Shown here: positions 26,540 through 40,760 of the stretch, in pieces
How positions within the stretch are numbered: the first letter of the stretch is position 1
Layout of the letters: every line of letters begins with the position of its first letter
NCBI GenBank assembly: GCA_012295275.1
Contig: CM022678.1
Coordinates: forward strand, 11,904,001 to 11,968,000
Origin: Chrysomallon squamiferum
Taxonomy: Eukaryota; Animalia; Mollusca
Direction of reading: 5' to 3'
DNA length: 64,000 nt
Program-made: the position numbers and the translations under genes
The notes under the pieces: generated by a model
What the model was told of the DNA's origin: nothing
Databases searched by the model: none
Seen by the model: the letters and a program-made list of their open reading frames with translations, nothing else

Positions 26540-29500
26540 CTTTTTCAAACACTTGACTGTCTGGTCCAAACATTCTGTCTACTGGTCTATGTCTGACTGT
26601 ATCTTGCATGAATGACACTTTGAATCTGAAATCAGTTTCACAGATTTATAAATTCTTCAGTAAGTGCAGTCCACATAACAAGTAACTGTTTTTTTTCAGT
26701 CCTTCATATTTGTTGTGAAGATATTTTATCTTCTGCTGTTTCTTCTGTTTAGTTTGTTCAATACAATGAGAAAACTTGAAGAACTTGGAGATAAACACAA
26801 CAAGTCACTTAGAATCAATGTCACTTCTCACATTTTCTTTATTCTCAAAACAAGCTTATGAAAAAGGACCCTGAAGAAAAAATAAAATAAATGTTATTAA
26901 TTAAAATAATAGTTGTATAAACAATATTATACAATTTACCAGGAAAGCAGATATGAGTCAAATGGGATGGGTTATGACTTAATTATTTTCATGATTTTTT
27001 ACTTACTGTTAAAAAGCCATTTATTCCATGGACAAAATCAATTTACTTTAGCATTGTATTTATTTCATTTCACTTCATTTCATTGTTAATCATTTACTTT
27101 ATTTCAGTTCAGTTCAATTCATTTATTGTATTGTATTGTATTGCATTGTATTGCATTGTATTTGATTTGCTTTTATTTATTTGATTTTATTGTATTATTA
27201 TTTCATTTCATTTATTTTATTTTATTTCACAGTACCCCACTACATTTCATTTAATTTCATTTCATTGTATTTCATTTGAATGTATAATCATATATCATTT
27301 CATTTCATTGATTTCACTGTATTTGCTTTGATTTCCTTCAATTCAATGTATATGTATGTATATGGAGGTTTGTATGTGAATCTTTGCATGTACATGTGTT
27401 GATGTGTGTGTGTGTGTGTGATATATTAATATATATCTACCTCTACAAGTAATTTTGTCAGTTTCCCACTTATAAACATCCATACAGTTACATATGTAGA
27501 CTCCATCACAGTAGTTTTAGTTCTGAGCATAAATATTGTTGAATTACATTCATTTATATCTGAAAAAATAAATCATATCTCAATAATTAACAACAATTAA
27601 ACATACTCCTACATTATGACAAGTTTCTGAAATTATTCAAATATCATTTACACAGAAATTATTTATAAGAAATATATGGATTAACCAAAATTTAAAATTC
27701 AGATTCTGAGAGGTTTTGAGCAGTTGATAAAATTAGTCAAGTTTGAATTACAGGGATATAATTATTATTAATAAAAATAAAAATTATTCATAGACCTTGA
27801 CAAATTTCTGAAATAGTATTAACTGCTTTGAAATTTTTCTTAATTCCAGAAAAGAGAAGTTTAACTTAACTATTTGAATAGCACATAAGCTACTAATGCA
27901 TACCCAAGCTACAAATTGATTGCTGATTATATAATGAGCATGACGTTATTAATAATAATAAAAAAAGAACAGATAATGGTAGAAATGCTGGCAATTCATA
28001 TTCAAAGAGATAACACTTACCCTCGAAATATGAATAAACTAAGAATGCTTGAAGTGAACAATTTAACCTGAGAACCAGATAGAACTGACTCACCTGAGCA
28101 TGTTTTGTTGTCTGAATTCAAGGTAAACATTTCTACACAAACACTGCTCCACTGTGTCATGCACCCTGCAGCCCTGTTCACACGAACTGTTCACTGCAGC
28201 ACTGTCACAACTGAACATAAAATATTTTATAACTTTATTGTATTTTGTCACAACTAAACTGAAATAATTTACAATTTATTCACATTCTCACACAAATGAA
28301 AATAAAATTAAAATATTTTATAATTTGTAACCACTATGACAAGAACAAATGTAGCTTTTCTCAGTGTTAGTACAAGAATGATAATAAACACTCATTGAAC
28401 AATTTAAAAAAATGATCTTTTACATGAATGAATGAATGATGAAGGTGGAGACAGTGAACAAATGAGGAAGGTAAAGAGTGAATGGATGAATGAATGAATT
28501 AATACAAATTTGTTTAATAATAGTTTAATTATTAGTTGTAAAACATGATTTTTATTTTTATCTTTGTTTATTTTTGTTGATAATATTCCTAAAAATTAAT
28601 GTGACTCAAACTGCAAAAATAAAGTTAGCTGGTACAAATCAGGGTTTGTTTTTAACAATGTTAATTTCTTGGTCACTGAAACCTGATTTTCTGTGTTAAA
28701 TAAACATTCTCTTAATTTTGAATAAAAAAGTATAAAATGATATTTTTATTATTATATTTATTTATATATTATATTTTAATGCAGAAAAAGTTAATTTTGT
28801 GACTGAGATATTAATTAACTAATTTCTATGTAATTTTTAAATAAACATTCTCTTAATTTTGAATAAAAAATTATTGACAAGTATAAAATGATATTTTTAT
28901 TATTATATTTATTTATTTATTATATTTTATTGCAGAAAAAGTTAATTTTGTGACAGATATTAATTAACTCATTTCTATGTAATTTTTCAGTTTAAAACAT
29001 CCATTCTGTTTTCTTTGGTAATTAAAATCAGAAAAATATGTAAAATATTCATTAATCATTTGAAACATATAACTATTTATTAACTAATAAGGAATTATTC
29101 ATTGCATATAACTCTTTATTAAATAAAACATTATAATTAGAACTTGTTACCCAATTTTTTTTAACATTGTAAATTAACTATTTATTAAGTATACCCTACT
29201 CACCTATACATTTTACAAGTTGTGATATCCTGTCTTACACTCAAATGATAGGAGACTGGCAGGTTTTTGCAGTTGCTGTTTGCTTGACATGAAACTGTTG
29301 AAACACTACATTCATCTCTGTTGTTTTCACATCACACACCACCCAGCCAACTTTACACTGACAATGGTCTGAGAGGGAAAAAATAAAATTTAAATTAAAA
29401 ATAAATAAATAAAATTAAAATCAAACTTTAGTGTTAGAATTTTTTATAAAACAAAATTTACATTAAAAACATATTCTAAATATCATCAAAACTATATAAT

Positions 29501-30435
29501 TTTACAGAATAAGTTGCTTCAAATTTCAAAATAGAATTGTTTTTAAAATATTTAAAAATGTATTTTTATATAAATTTATTTTGTAAAGAGAAATTCTGCT
29601 TACTAACACATGTTGTCTGATCCATTCAAGTTTCTTCCCAGCCAGACAGGAACACTGATTTTGTTAGTGCAAGTCTCAGTATACTTAGTAATACTGACAT
29701 CAGTTGATCCACACTCATTTATATCTAAATAATAATAATAATAATAATAATAATGAAGTAAAAAGCTTATTTCAAATGACTTAGTATAATATTTTTCAAA
29801 CTTTATTTTCTTTTCTGCATTTATATTGAATACAATTACAGCCTCATGTTTTAATACATAAATTTACATGTTCATACGTATGTAAAGGATAAAAAAAAGA
29901 AAACTTAAAAAAGAAAAAGAAAATAAAAAGATTGAAAAAGCCTGAAGGTACAATTGAAAAGATTATTAAATGTTTATGAAATAAAGAACTTTTTCTAGTT
30001 AAATGTTTAAACAGTCTGTACTCACAACACATGAATATATTCTGTAGAATACATGAGCTGTACCTGTTGCTAGTTTGTATCCAAAGTTACAACTGTATAG
30101 TCCTGTTTGTCCACATTTGGCTGCAGCTGAGATGAGAGTAAAACTGACATGGATCTGAAACTGTATTGAAAAACTGGTATTAGCTTTACTTAATTAATAC
30201 TTTTATAAATGTTACTACTGTGTCAAACTCAGCTATTTGTGAAATTATCATCTGAGACAAGACAGTCACTCCTTGCACTTGTTGCTTTGATAGGTACTAC
30301 TTAGAGAAAAACTGCTCATCTTTTTCACATTTTTTTCTATCTTTTTTCAAGTAGTGACCACAGTGATGTAAACTGCCTTCAACATTCTGACAAATCTGTT
30401 CCCATATCAAACCCTGACTTTTACATTCTCAAATT
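26540..30435 (-). pseudogene. Decayed multi-exon EGF / calcium-binding EGF gene (mucin-like or fibrillin-like)
   Basis: AG/GT-bounded exons: 30154-30026 (DPCQ..CSQ..CNFGYKL), 29724-29604 (DINECGST..CTN..SCLAGKKL..TTCV), 29368-29204 (CQCKVGW..NRDECSVSTVSCQANSNCKNLP), 28210-28094 (SCEQGCRVHDTVEQCLC..TLNSDNKTCS) and 27559-27441 (DINECNS..YICNCMDVYKWETDKITCR), plus a last exon from 26870. All carry indels or stops. Confidence 0.8.
28698..28987. repeat. ~140-bp direct tandem duplication (intronic)
   Basis: aaataaacattctcttaattttgaataaaaaa...atttctatgtaattttt occurs twice. Confidence 0.85.
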
Positions 30436-32249
30436 CTGAAACAAAAGTAATTTATTATTTTAAAAATTGTTCTGTTCCCTTTCTTCCTTTTTTATTTAGC
30501 TCATATTAATATAAATGTGAAAAAAATGTATTAAAAACAGCATCAGTTCAAAAATGACTATGACTTTTTAATAGTGTGAAAAATTAAATAAACTAATAAA
30601 AATCCATCTTGTCACTGTTAACTGACTGTTCACTTAAACATACCTAATTAACAGTAACAATGACAATGACTTTATTCTCATAAATTGGGTTACAGTACAG
30701 AGAAGAATATATAATAACAGATATATAATAACAATTAAAGTGCAGTAACACTAACAATTGTAACAATTACACAAATAAATACAGTAACAAACAATAATAA
30801 TAACAATAATTAATAATGATGTACTAATAATTACAACAGTAATAATATTGATGATGATGATGCCACAGCCATCACAACTACTATTAATAATAATAATAAT
30901 AATAATCATAAAATAAACCACATGAATTCCTCATCAAGAATTAATAATAATTATATATGTTTACAATGACGTTAGCTGTTGAAATGTTTATGGCTTTTTT
31001 GAAAAATAAATGAAATTGTATCATTTAGTATTTTGAAATGAAATAAATCTTTATTGTTATTATATTTAATACAATATATGACTGATAAAACTTATAATTG
31101 TTTCTTTAGCAGTTTTCAACCTTTAGAGAAAAAAAATATTACACACTGACTTCAATAAGCAAATTTCATTTCTATCTGTATTAGAAACAGTTAATGTTAA
31201 ATAAAAATAATTTTTACCTTCGTTAACTATTGTTTTCTTTGTTATTATTTATTTATTTATTTATTTGTCTACATTTCAAAAATGAAGTAACAAGACTTAC
31301 TGAACAGTGTCTAACTGTAAATTCTGATTAATGTTTTTATTTTTTTCATTTTCCTAAGATAGCAAAAATTACTGTCACTTGTCATTCATTTAAAAAAGAA
31401 TTTGTTTATATATTTGACTGAATATTTTTAACTTCAGTTTCTTCAAATATTCAATCTGCAAGTATTATGTAAACAAGTAACCCCAGTAAGGTGACATTAA
31501 CTTTCAACCAAACATTCTGAAGTAGAAATACATTAATTTTTTTACTCATTCTGTCTTGACAAAAAGAAAATGTTTGTTTCAAGTGGAGCTGAGTGTTTAT
31601 GTAAATACATCTTCAATATGTCGTAGATTATTATATTTACTGTGGAATAGTTCTCACTCAGGAAACTATTAAACTATTTAAAACACAACAAATACATCTA
31701 TATATATATATATAGTGTGGAGAAATCAACTTTAGAAAACAAATAGTAAATAAAAAAGTCTGTATAAGTATGAAGTATAAGCTTGAATGCTGTACAATTT
31801 ATATATGTCTGGTGGTTTGTCAAGATGACAATTTCAAACACAGATGAAATTAACATGAAGTGATGAAGTGATCAAGATTTGGAATAGAGAATGTAGCAGA
31901 TTATTGAACACTGAACCCAAATTCTCAAAGTATGTTTATATATGCAAACACAATAGAGAAGAATAACTGTACAATATTTATTTAACAGATACAACAGTCA
32001 TGTCACCCTCATATAAAGTATTACACATGTTTATATATATTTATTACAAAAATCAAAAATTTAAGAATTTCTTATGGTACTAAAAAAGTTAGCATATCAT
32101 TAAATTCTTTAAGAAGTAAACTGAATACAAATAAACATGAGTAAACATACTAAAAAACTGGGAAGACAGGAAAATAACAATGTAATATACAGCTGAAAAA
32201 AAATATTAAGCACTGCTAATGAAAGATTCAATATTTCATGTCTTTTTCA

Positions 32250-32897
32250 CAATGCTTCAAAATTTCACTCTAGTTACAGACTGCATTTGAAGGTTGATCA
32301 AAATGTTATAAATTCATCATCTGTTGCAAGTGAGTGGTCTAAGAACATTGTCAAGATTTGTCACATCAAATCTGTGTAAAATGAAATTAACATATATGAA
32401 AAAACAACTTTTGGATATTTCTCATTTATTTGGTGATGAAGATGTTATGAGAATGTTGCTAAAATCAGGTATTATTCCATCACTTGATACATTCTGTGAG
32501 GCTGCATGTTCAAAAACAGACAATATTCAAAGAACTGTTACAATATAAAAAGGAGATACAGGTGACTCTGTGTTTAGACTTGTTAATTCTTTCTATTTGT
32601 TCAGGTAACATGAACACTGCCTGTCTGTGGCTGACATGATAAACACTGAGAAACACAAAACTGTTATTGGTTACATCCCATAGAAAGTAAGATTTGAATC
32701 AAGTAACACGCAGATGTTTTTGAAGAGGAAATTGTATTAAAACTGAGGTCTGATCAAAATTAAAATTAGATTGAAACAGTTGTCAGATGACAAAACTAGA
32801 TTGAAACAGTTGTCTGATGACAAAACTAGATTGAAACAGTTCTCTGATGACAGACAGAAATGGAAATACCAAAACTGTCATCAAAGGAGGTCATAAA
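32250..32897 (-). pseudogene. Degenerate Ser/Thr-rich exon-like segment with a 30-bp x3 repeat, possibly the mucin part of the EGF gene
   Basis: Acceptor-like tttcag near 32899; fragments such as EHAASQNVSSDGIIPDFSNILITSSSPNK; repeat aaaactagattgaaacagttgtctgatgac at 32762-32850. Confidence 0.35.
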
Positions 32898-33336
32898 TCT
32901 GAAATTCAATTTAGTTTAGAACCCTAGTGTAGCATAACATAACATTTTTATAATTTATATTCAGTTACAATGCATATAAATATAATAGATAAATAAATAA
33001 TAGTATAATTAATGCAACGTCAAACAGTTGGCATTCAAAATAAACAAGTTATATTTTCACCAAGGGATTTTGTATACGTCTTTAATTTTCGACTTCTGAA
33101 AAATCTGGCCAAGAAGAAAGTTTCAATAAAGGAAGACAAATGAAAATAAATGTATTATAAGCATGCTGCATGGAAAGTTTTGAGATTGAAATTACATCAG
33201 GATATATTACACATTAAAAGTTAACCTCAGCATCATTCCACAGATGGAAAAAGCACAAAACAATGCCCTTTTGTAACATGTTAAGTCCTACAAACAAGAT
33301 GAATAAAAGATGTAAAAATGTTTTATTATTATATAC

Positions 33337-33445
33337 CTGTTATTGTGTGGCTTGCAACAAATGCAATATAATGTGTCTGGATCATTTCTAGGTTCCAAAT
33401 CAGAATCATTTTCATCATCTTCAAAACTCGGTTCTCTACTCTCAT
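33337..33445 (-). pseudogene. DIDO1: DIDO1/PHF3-like exon encoding the start of the PHD finger (DESREPSFEDDENDSDLEPRNDPDTLYCICCKPHNNR)
   Basis: tttcag|ATGAG...AACAG|gtataa. Resembles DIDO1 as recalled (DPNALYCICRQPHNNR). The next PHD exon (FMICCD...) is not seen. Confidence 0.75.
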
Positions 33446-33479
33446 CTGAAAGAAATACATTTCAAAATGACTTACTACC

Positions 33480-35030
33480 TGGCTACTGTATCTAAACGTA
33501 TTAAAACAATAACAAATATCTGTCAGACAAAGTTAATAAAACACAGATGAAAATTCAACTTGCAGATATAAAATAGTCTAAAAGAAAACTTCAACCATAT
33601 TCAGTAAAAATGAAACAGAAATACAACTGTCACTTGGCATCTGATTCAAACACTATTTTAAAATTTCATCAGACTAGCCTTGCCTTTCTTCAGAAAATGT
33701 TTGGGCTTTAGACAGTTTAAGAAAATGAAGAACTGCATTTTTGAGACACAATTCAAGGATTTCTGATGTATATAGTGTATAATTAGTTTAAATAGATATT
33801 TAAAAGCTCTCAGCCTAACTCTTCTGGGAGAAAGCTGTCTAGATTCCAGTGTTCTACGTGACGGTTAGGGTGTATCAATGTGGCCACATTACTGGTTATT
33901 ATAACTGGCTGGTTCACAATCTGCTTCAAAGTCGAATTACTCAACTGAGTGGTTTCTGATGTAAGTAAAACTCCAGGAACAGTAGATTCCAACACAGTTG
34001 GATTTGAATCTGGTGTGGCTGCTCTATTTTGTGCTGCTAAAACTCAATGAGATGCCGATGACTCTGAAACTGTCACAACTGATACTTGTGTAGTTGCTGA
34101 TGATGTGAGTGCAGCACTTGATTTTGGTCCTCATGTCACCAACTTCAATTGTAAATTACATGAAACTGTTTCCAAAGAGTTTCAATAATATCAGATATTT
34201 TGATCTGGTCAAGTGAAGTTTAGTTTCAGGACTTAATACACTTGCTATCTGCGTAGCTGTTGTTTCTGCCTTCTGTAATGATTCTGACATTTCAAACACA
34301 TAAAAAAATGGAAAAAAAAAAAATAAAAATAAACCAAGACAGTTTTCCTTTATACAACTAATCCACGTTACTAATAATAAATATGCTAAAATAAACACAC
34401 AATTAATACTAAGTTATCACTGAAGAAATACACACTAAATTATGGAAGGTAGTTGCTATTTCATTATTTGGTTCAGATTTCAAGTGATTAAGTTTTAAAT
34501 ATAAATGACTGACACACAAGAGTACAATTGAAATATGCTAGTTCCTGATTCAGTTCAAGTGAAATACTCTAATTTTAGAAATGGGAATATTTATCGGTAA
34601 TTATTTATAAACGACAACACGTAGATAAAGGAAAGAAATTAACTAAAGGCCGAACCCTGGAACGAAATAAAACGAAAACGCAAATAAATCTCACACCATT
34701 ATTATGACACTGGGCACATTGTGTCTACATCATTTGTAAGCACAACATAATAACTCAATATATATAAGAAGCAAACAAAGTTGTGCCAAATCCAATCTAA
34801 CGTATATTCGTAATTCTAATTCTAATCTAAGTTCTAACTTACTTAATTTCCTAAACCTGCTTCATATTTTACTTTGTCTGCTTACCTTAACCATCACACT
34901 TCGTACAGAACAGCTAATTATAATGTGCAAATCGATGACTGCAGCTAGTACATGTTAAAAGGCGGAATTATTTCATTTCTTTCGTTAAACTCTCACCGAC
35001 ATTTTTGCAAAATAAAGCCGCCATTAGAAG
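33480..35030 (-). pseudogene. DIDO1-like 5' region, copy A: large Ser/Thr-rich exon and upstream small exons
   Basis: MSESLQKAETTATQIASVLSPET...LESTVPGVLL..HPNRHVEHWNLDS with stops and indels. Donor AAG|gtaagc near 34886. YY1-like gccgccatt at ~35017. Assigned to DIDO1 only by adjacency to the PHD and TFIIS-M exons. Confidence 0.5.
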
Positions 35031-36015
35031 TGCGTGGCTGCTTCCTAAACATCAATATTTCTTGTGAATTATAAATAGACGTTACTTGATTGCAGAAATA
35101 TTTATCCGAAATGTATTAATACAGCTTAAATAGAACAGCATACCATAATATAAATTATAACACACATTGAACAAATGCATGAAGATATTAAAATATATTA
35201 CAATGGCGACTGTTTCATTAGTTTTCTCTTTCATTTCATTCTCGATAGTCATTTTTTTCCCCAATATCTGAGTGATTAATTTTTGATAGCATCTGATTTT
35301 GGTAGCTTTTATAACAATATTTTCGTTTAGATTGCTCGATATATATGTTATGATAGCGATATACAGTGAAAACGTACACAGGAAAATGCGCTTTCTTATT
35401 TCTTCAAAGTTACAGTAGTGGAATAGAGTGTAGTATCGTCAATGCGGTATAATTGTTTACTTTTATTTAGTACCTAAATCATTTACAAGCAAAAATAAAA
35501 GAAGAAGAAATTAATGTTTTAATTGAAAAAAAAAAAATTGAATATTTTTATGCATTTAAGCAACATTTCTATGATTATCTGTAATCTAAATTTGGTACTT
35601 TTTTCTTTCGGGGCGGGATATTTAAATACGTTAACGTCATTCATACATGGCGTCATTGTTATAAAACAGAAGTCCCATTACATTTTGTTATCGTGTTTTG
35701 AAATTTTTCAAAGGTAAGAACTGTTTGAAGTAATGTTTAGTTAGTGGGAATCTAACTGCTAGCAAATGACGTTGAACAATATTGATTCATGTTTCGAAAT
35801 GTAACTTGTTATCCCATAGTTATACTGTTAAGTACATGGTAGCTCCTTGGCGGAAGTGATCTTTTGGACTATTTTATTATTTTAGAGATTAATAATACTC
35901 AATTTTAAAAAGTCAAAATAAAAAAGAGAGAGAGAAAAAAAAGTTTTCTTTTTCTAAGTTTCAAATACTTATATTTACTCCACCAGGTTGCCAGCATTAG
36001 CATCCCTGTAGTATG

Positions 36016-36066
<51 letters not shown>

Positions 36067-36524
36067 CACTCAGACACACATTTTCAGAAAAACACACGTT
36101 CAGAAAAACATCACATATTTCCATATACAGATGCATATACCAGGTTGTAGATTCATATACTCCAAAATAAACCTTTAACCTTGTTTTCTGGTCGCGTTTT
36201 GTGCAGTATTTTGCCATATTTCTTTTTCTAACCATGGATCCTAAGAAGGTGAGTGCAAACGACACTTCTGAGAAGAAGAAGGGGATGACGTCCATTGAAT
36301 TAAAGCTTGAATTCATAGAAATACATAAGCGAGGTGTGCATGTTGTCGACTTGGCTAGGAAATACGAGCATAGTACTTCTACGATATGTACCATACTGAA
36401 GCTGAAAGATTCGATAAAGGCTGTAACTCCAGCCATAGGCGTTATATATATATATATATATATATATGTATGCATACACACTCGAACATTTACTTACGAG
36501 AGCCCCCACTTACGAGTTATTTGT

Positions 36525-36589
<65 letters not shown>

Positions 36590-37291
36590 CAGTTCGATTC
36601 CAAAAGGCGATAAATCCATTTTCTTTCTTTGGAGAGGAATGACTATTTCTAATCTGGAGTTGATAACATTTTATGTAAGGAAGGTCTATAGTCTACTGAA
36701 TAGAAAAGCGGCGGATGAAGAATTTTGAGGAAAATGATTATAGGGAGTTCAACGCCAGTCAAATGCTAAACTTTTGGTGGCGTATTTTTTTTCAAATTTG
36801 ATTTTGGTGTTTATCGCGTTTTGGAATTAAAGTCTTCATATATGTATACATTCACACACAAACATATACATACATACATCTACATATCACTTTGCGCGCG
36901 CGCGCATGTGTGTGTATGTGTGTTTGTAACTACACCAAACACACTAACCACCACCAATAACATTTTACAAACAAGCACATATCGAAACTCGCACACACAT
37001 GAACACGCACAGTTATACACACTTATATATGTGCCTGCATGCACACAGCCACACTGCAATCATTCATATACACAAACAACTATGCATACACAAATAAATA
37101 TATATACCAATGTGAAACGTGTACGTTTTCATGTATGCATTCACTTACATCTCTTTATATATACGTCTCTCTCTCTCACACACACACACATGGACACACA
37201 TGCACACATATTCACTTACACTATTATTGGATTAAGTTGAAAGTAATTAAATCATTATTTAATTATATTAAGTAATTAATTTAATAATCTA
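33528..37291. repeat. Segmental duplication copy A (paralogous to 44091-48060 and 48165-51577)
   Basis: Long colinear near-identity; for example cttcgtacagaacagctaattataat occurs at ~34900, 45151 and 48881. Confidence 0.93.
36175..36445 (+). mobile_element. Tigger/pogo transposase 5' remnant (CENP-B-type HTH), copy A
   Basis: MDPKKVSANDTSEKKKGMTSIELKLEFIEIHKRGVHVVDLARKYEHSTSTICTILKLKDSIK. Confidence 0.8.
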
Positions 37292-37908
37292 GGTGAAAGA
37301 CCATGATGATGATGAAAGTCATTTGAGTCGAATTAATTTGACTGGCCTCAGAATAAAAACTTCCGAGTCTATCGGCCTGATGATATCACGCACGCCTGCC
37401 ATTTCTAAAGCCAACAACAAAACGTGTTGGGTTAGTGAATACAGTGTTGACTCTGTGTCGAGGAACACTATTCCTCTCAGAGCTATACTGATGACCAGAT
37501 CAGATGATGCAGCTGGAATCACTCCAGAACATTTTGTATCACTGCGATGTCTCCTTGACATAAACCCAAACTTCTTGCTGGTGTTAATGAAGATGCGTGC
37601 TCATTTTCAGTGTGGAAATCCAACCAAGCTGCTGCTACGGACATGCATAATGGCAGAGGCTCAAGCATTATCTGCAGGTGTCTAAAAAAAAAAACATATG
37701 TGAATTTATCAAACAAAAATAATGAACCATGCCCATTTATTGCTCCCAAAATGTTTCAGTAGTGCCGATTTGTATTTAAAAACCTCGCCTTTCACAACCT
37801 ACCGTAAGGCTCCTCTGGAAAAACATAATTTCTTTCTTTCATTCTTTCTCTGTCTCTAAATGTGTGTCTGACTCTTATACATCCCCTCTGTAATCTCTGA
37901 CTGCCTGA

Positions 37909-37997
<89 letters not shown>

Positions 37998-40760
37998 TCT
38001 ACTTAAAAAGTAAAACAAAAACGTTTCTCCACAGACATGAAAGAAGAGAAATATTAACAACCAACAACCTCTTGCTGTAGTATACAGACCCATATTATCT
38101 GATGAAGTGTCTTCAGGAGAGAGACCTAAAAACCATTAGAGAGGAAGTGACCTTAGAGGACCGTATCAGTTCCTATACCATCGTCAGCATCAGTGACGAC
38201 ACACTGTAACACTGGTTTCCTCCAGTGAGAGTGTAGGTCATCCGCACGTAGACTCGTACTCAGTGACGTCGATGAAGTGGATGGCCGTTCAGGTTACCAT
38301 AACATCGATGATGAAGAAAGGAAAGGGTACATCTGTTTCTGGATCTGCTACAATAGGCTAGAGAAAAGAGCCTTTGAAAAGACATTCTGAGTGTGAGGCC
38401 AAGAAAGTCTGCAGGCCTTCTCTGAAGACATAGGAACTGCTGAAAAACAAAACCAAGAAGGCGGTTCAGAAAACAGGATCTACTGAGAGTAAAATCAAAA
38501 AATCCTCAGAGAATAGAAAACGAAAAGCACTACTTCCTGTGATAAAGAAAACATCTGACGTGAAAGAGAAGGAGAAACATGCAAAAAGAAAGAGGAAGCG
38601 AAAATGTCAGAAATTCTCCAAACAGCCTTCCTCCACTAGCTCAGTAGAAAACGCACCGAAGCTGTACAAAGTCCTGACAGTTTCGGAAGTAGCACAGCGA
38701 TCTGCTGAGCTGTTGGCAAATGATGTGAATTATGACGATCCTACAGATCCTTTCTCATACAAGACCAAACAAACACCACTGTAGGTTTTCAAAGCATCGA
38801 GTGTTTCTTTGCGGCACTGTTCTTCGAAACCTGGAAAGGTAACCCTACCTTCTGCGAAAAATCATTCAGGTATCTTGAGAGATTCATTAAGTCCCACTCT
38901 AAATACTGCCAGCGGTCCCAGGGTGCTGAGAGGAACTGGAAGAAAAGAACAGACAAATTTTAATGCTGATAAGTCCACAGCCAGAAACAAAGGCACCCTG
39001 GCTGATCTGAAAAACAACGCACTAGTTCAGATGAAAAAAGATAAAAAAGAAATTGGCAGAGAATGTCCCAAGATACAGTGTCCTCTCATAACGCCAAGAA
39101 ATTTGGACGCCTTTCCAAAAATGCCGCAGAGAAAGCTTCCCAATGAAGACACTCGGTGTGTGCATGGAAATATTAAATCTGACAGTGGAACGAAGAAAAC
39201 AGCTGCAGCTGAAAGAAAAGTTAACAATAACTTTTCAAATGCTAACCCGTTCGGCACTGAAGAGCAAAACTCTGAAAATGATCGCAGAAATGCTATATCC
39301 GAAGCTACGCTGCAGAAGATGGTTTCCAGAAGCCATTTTTCGCAAATTTGGAATCACTGAAATCAGTGAACAGGTGTCACATAATAAAACAAACAACTAG
39401 CGAAAATGCAGTGGTTAAGGCAATTTCCAAAACAAAGACACAGTGTTCAGCAGATCCTATAACAGCTACAGAAGATGCCATCAGTCCTTATGATAAGACA
39501 AAAAAGTCAGATAAGCCTGAGGTAGAACCTAAAATATACGAAGCCATGGAAAAGAGAGGAGGAAACAAGGCTAATGGTGATTTGAAGTTGCCAGCATCTG
39601 ACTTAAATGATGGAAAGAGAAAGTCAGTGAGGAAACATGACAATAAAAAGGAGATAGTTGGCAAAGATGATGTCTCAAAAGTTCATTCAAAGACAGGGGT
39701 CAAAGATAATGGTAAAATAAGGTGAATGATTAATTTTGACTTTTTTCTTTATTTTTTTTTGTGTTACTGTTTGTTGAATATATATATATATAATAATGTT
39801 ATTGTTACTACTATATATATATATATTATTATTATTACACTTTTTTTTTCTAATCCTAGATATCATATCTCATCAAAAAAGCTATTAACTTAGATGGATA
39901 CATTTAAAATTCATTCAAAGATAATTTTTTTTTTTTTTTTATTAAAAAATGAAAATTTGTTTGATTATAATTATACTGATGATTTATTACAAAAATGAAA
40001 ATTTTTTTTATACTGATGAGTATTACGTTTTCATTACGTTTTCATTACTACTACTACTACTTTCTTTTTTCTCTCTCTTTTTCTTTCTTTACTTATATTT
40101 TTAAATTTTGCTTTCCTTTTTTTAAATTTTATTGTTGTGTTTCTGTGTTGTAGTAAGAATTATGTTTCAAAAATGTATAGAATAAGTTGAATCCATAGTT
40201 AAAGAAATTTGAATGCAGTTAGAAAGGATATTATGTAATTTTCACCTATTCAACTGAAGAAAGAAGGAAAGAAGGAAATAATACAATGGATTAATGGTTT
40301 CGTTTTTTTAAAAATAAATAATATAAACAGAACGTTTACAAAGTCTAGCAGTTTTCATGCAACTATACTTTAGTTTTTATTATTTTGATTCTATTTCAGA
40401 TCATCTCGATTCTTCGTTATGTATTTCTTCATTTCTTTATTTTTATTATTTTATCTGGTATTATTTGAAATCACTTTTAATCATTCTTTCTTTCCTTCTT
40501 GTTTTTTAAAATGATTTTCTCATTGCAGGCCTGTCTATTCGACACGATAGGAATGAACGGCGATCAGCCAGTTGCTACGGGAGACGTGTTGATTCGTCTT
40601 GTCCATCTACTGCAACAGATGCCACGCCTTACCACCATTGCCAGTGAACAACACAAAGGCACAAAACTCAAAAATTACAGACAAAATTTTAATGGATGGC
40701 ATATATACATTGGCATATTTTTTCTTCTTCTTAATTTTATTTTTCATTGTTATTCTTAAC
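37292..40760 (+). pseudogene. Deleted pseudogene copy of the gene at 52144-58301
   Basis: Colinear with copy 2 but lacks the acceptor and ATG, ~430 bp of exon 1, ~2.2 kb of exon 2 and most of exon 3. In-frame stops, for example TAA near 38055 and TAG near 38079, 38359 and 38782. Confidence 0.9.

Noticed and set aside
26540-30435. KDZ/CxC transposase or HMGXB3-like gene
   Set aside because: The cysteine spacing and DINEC motifs fit EGF modules instead.
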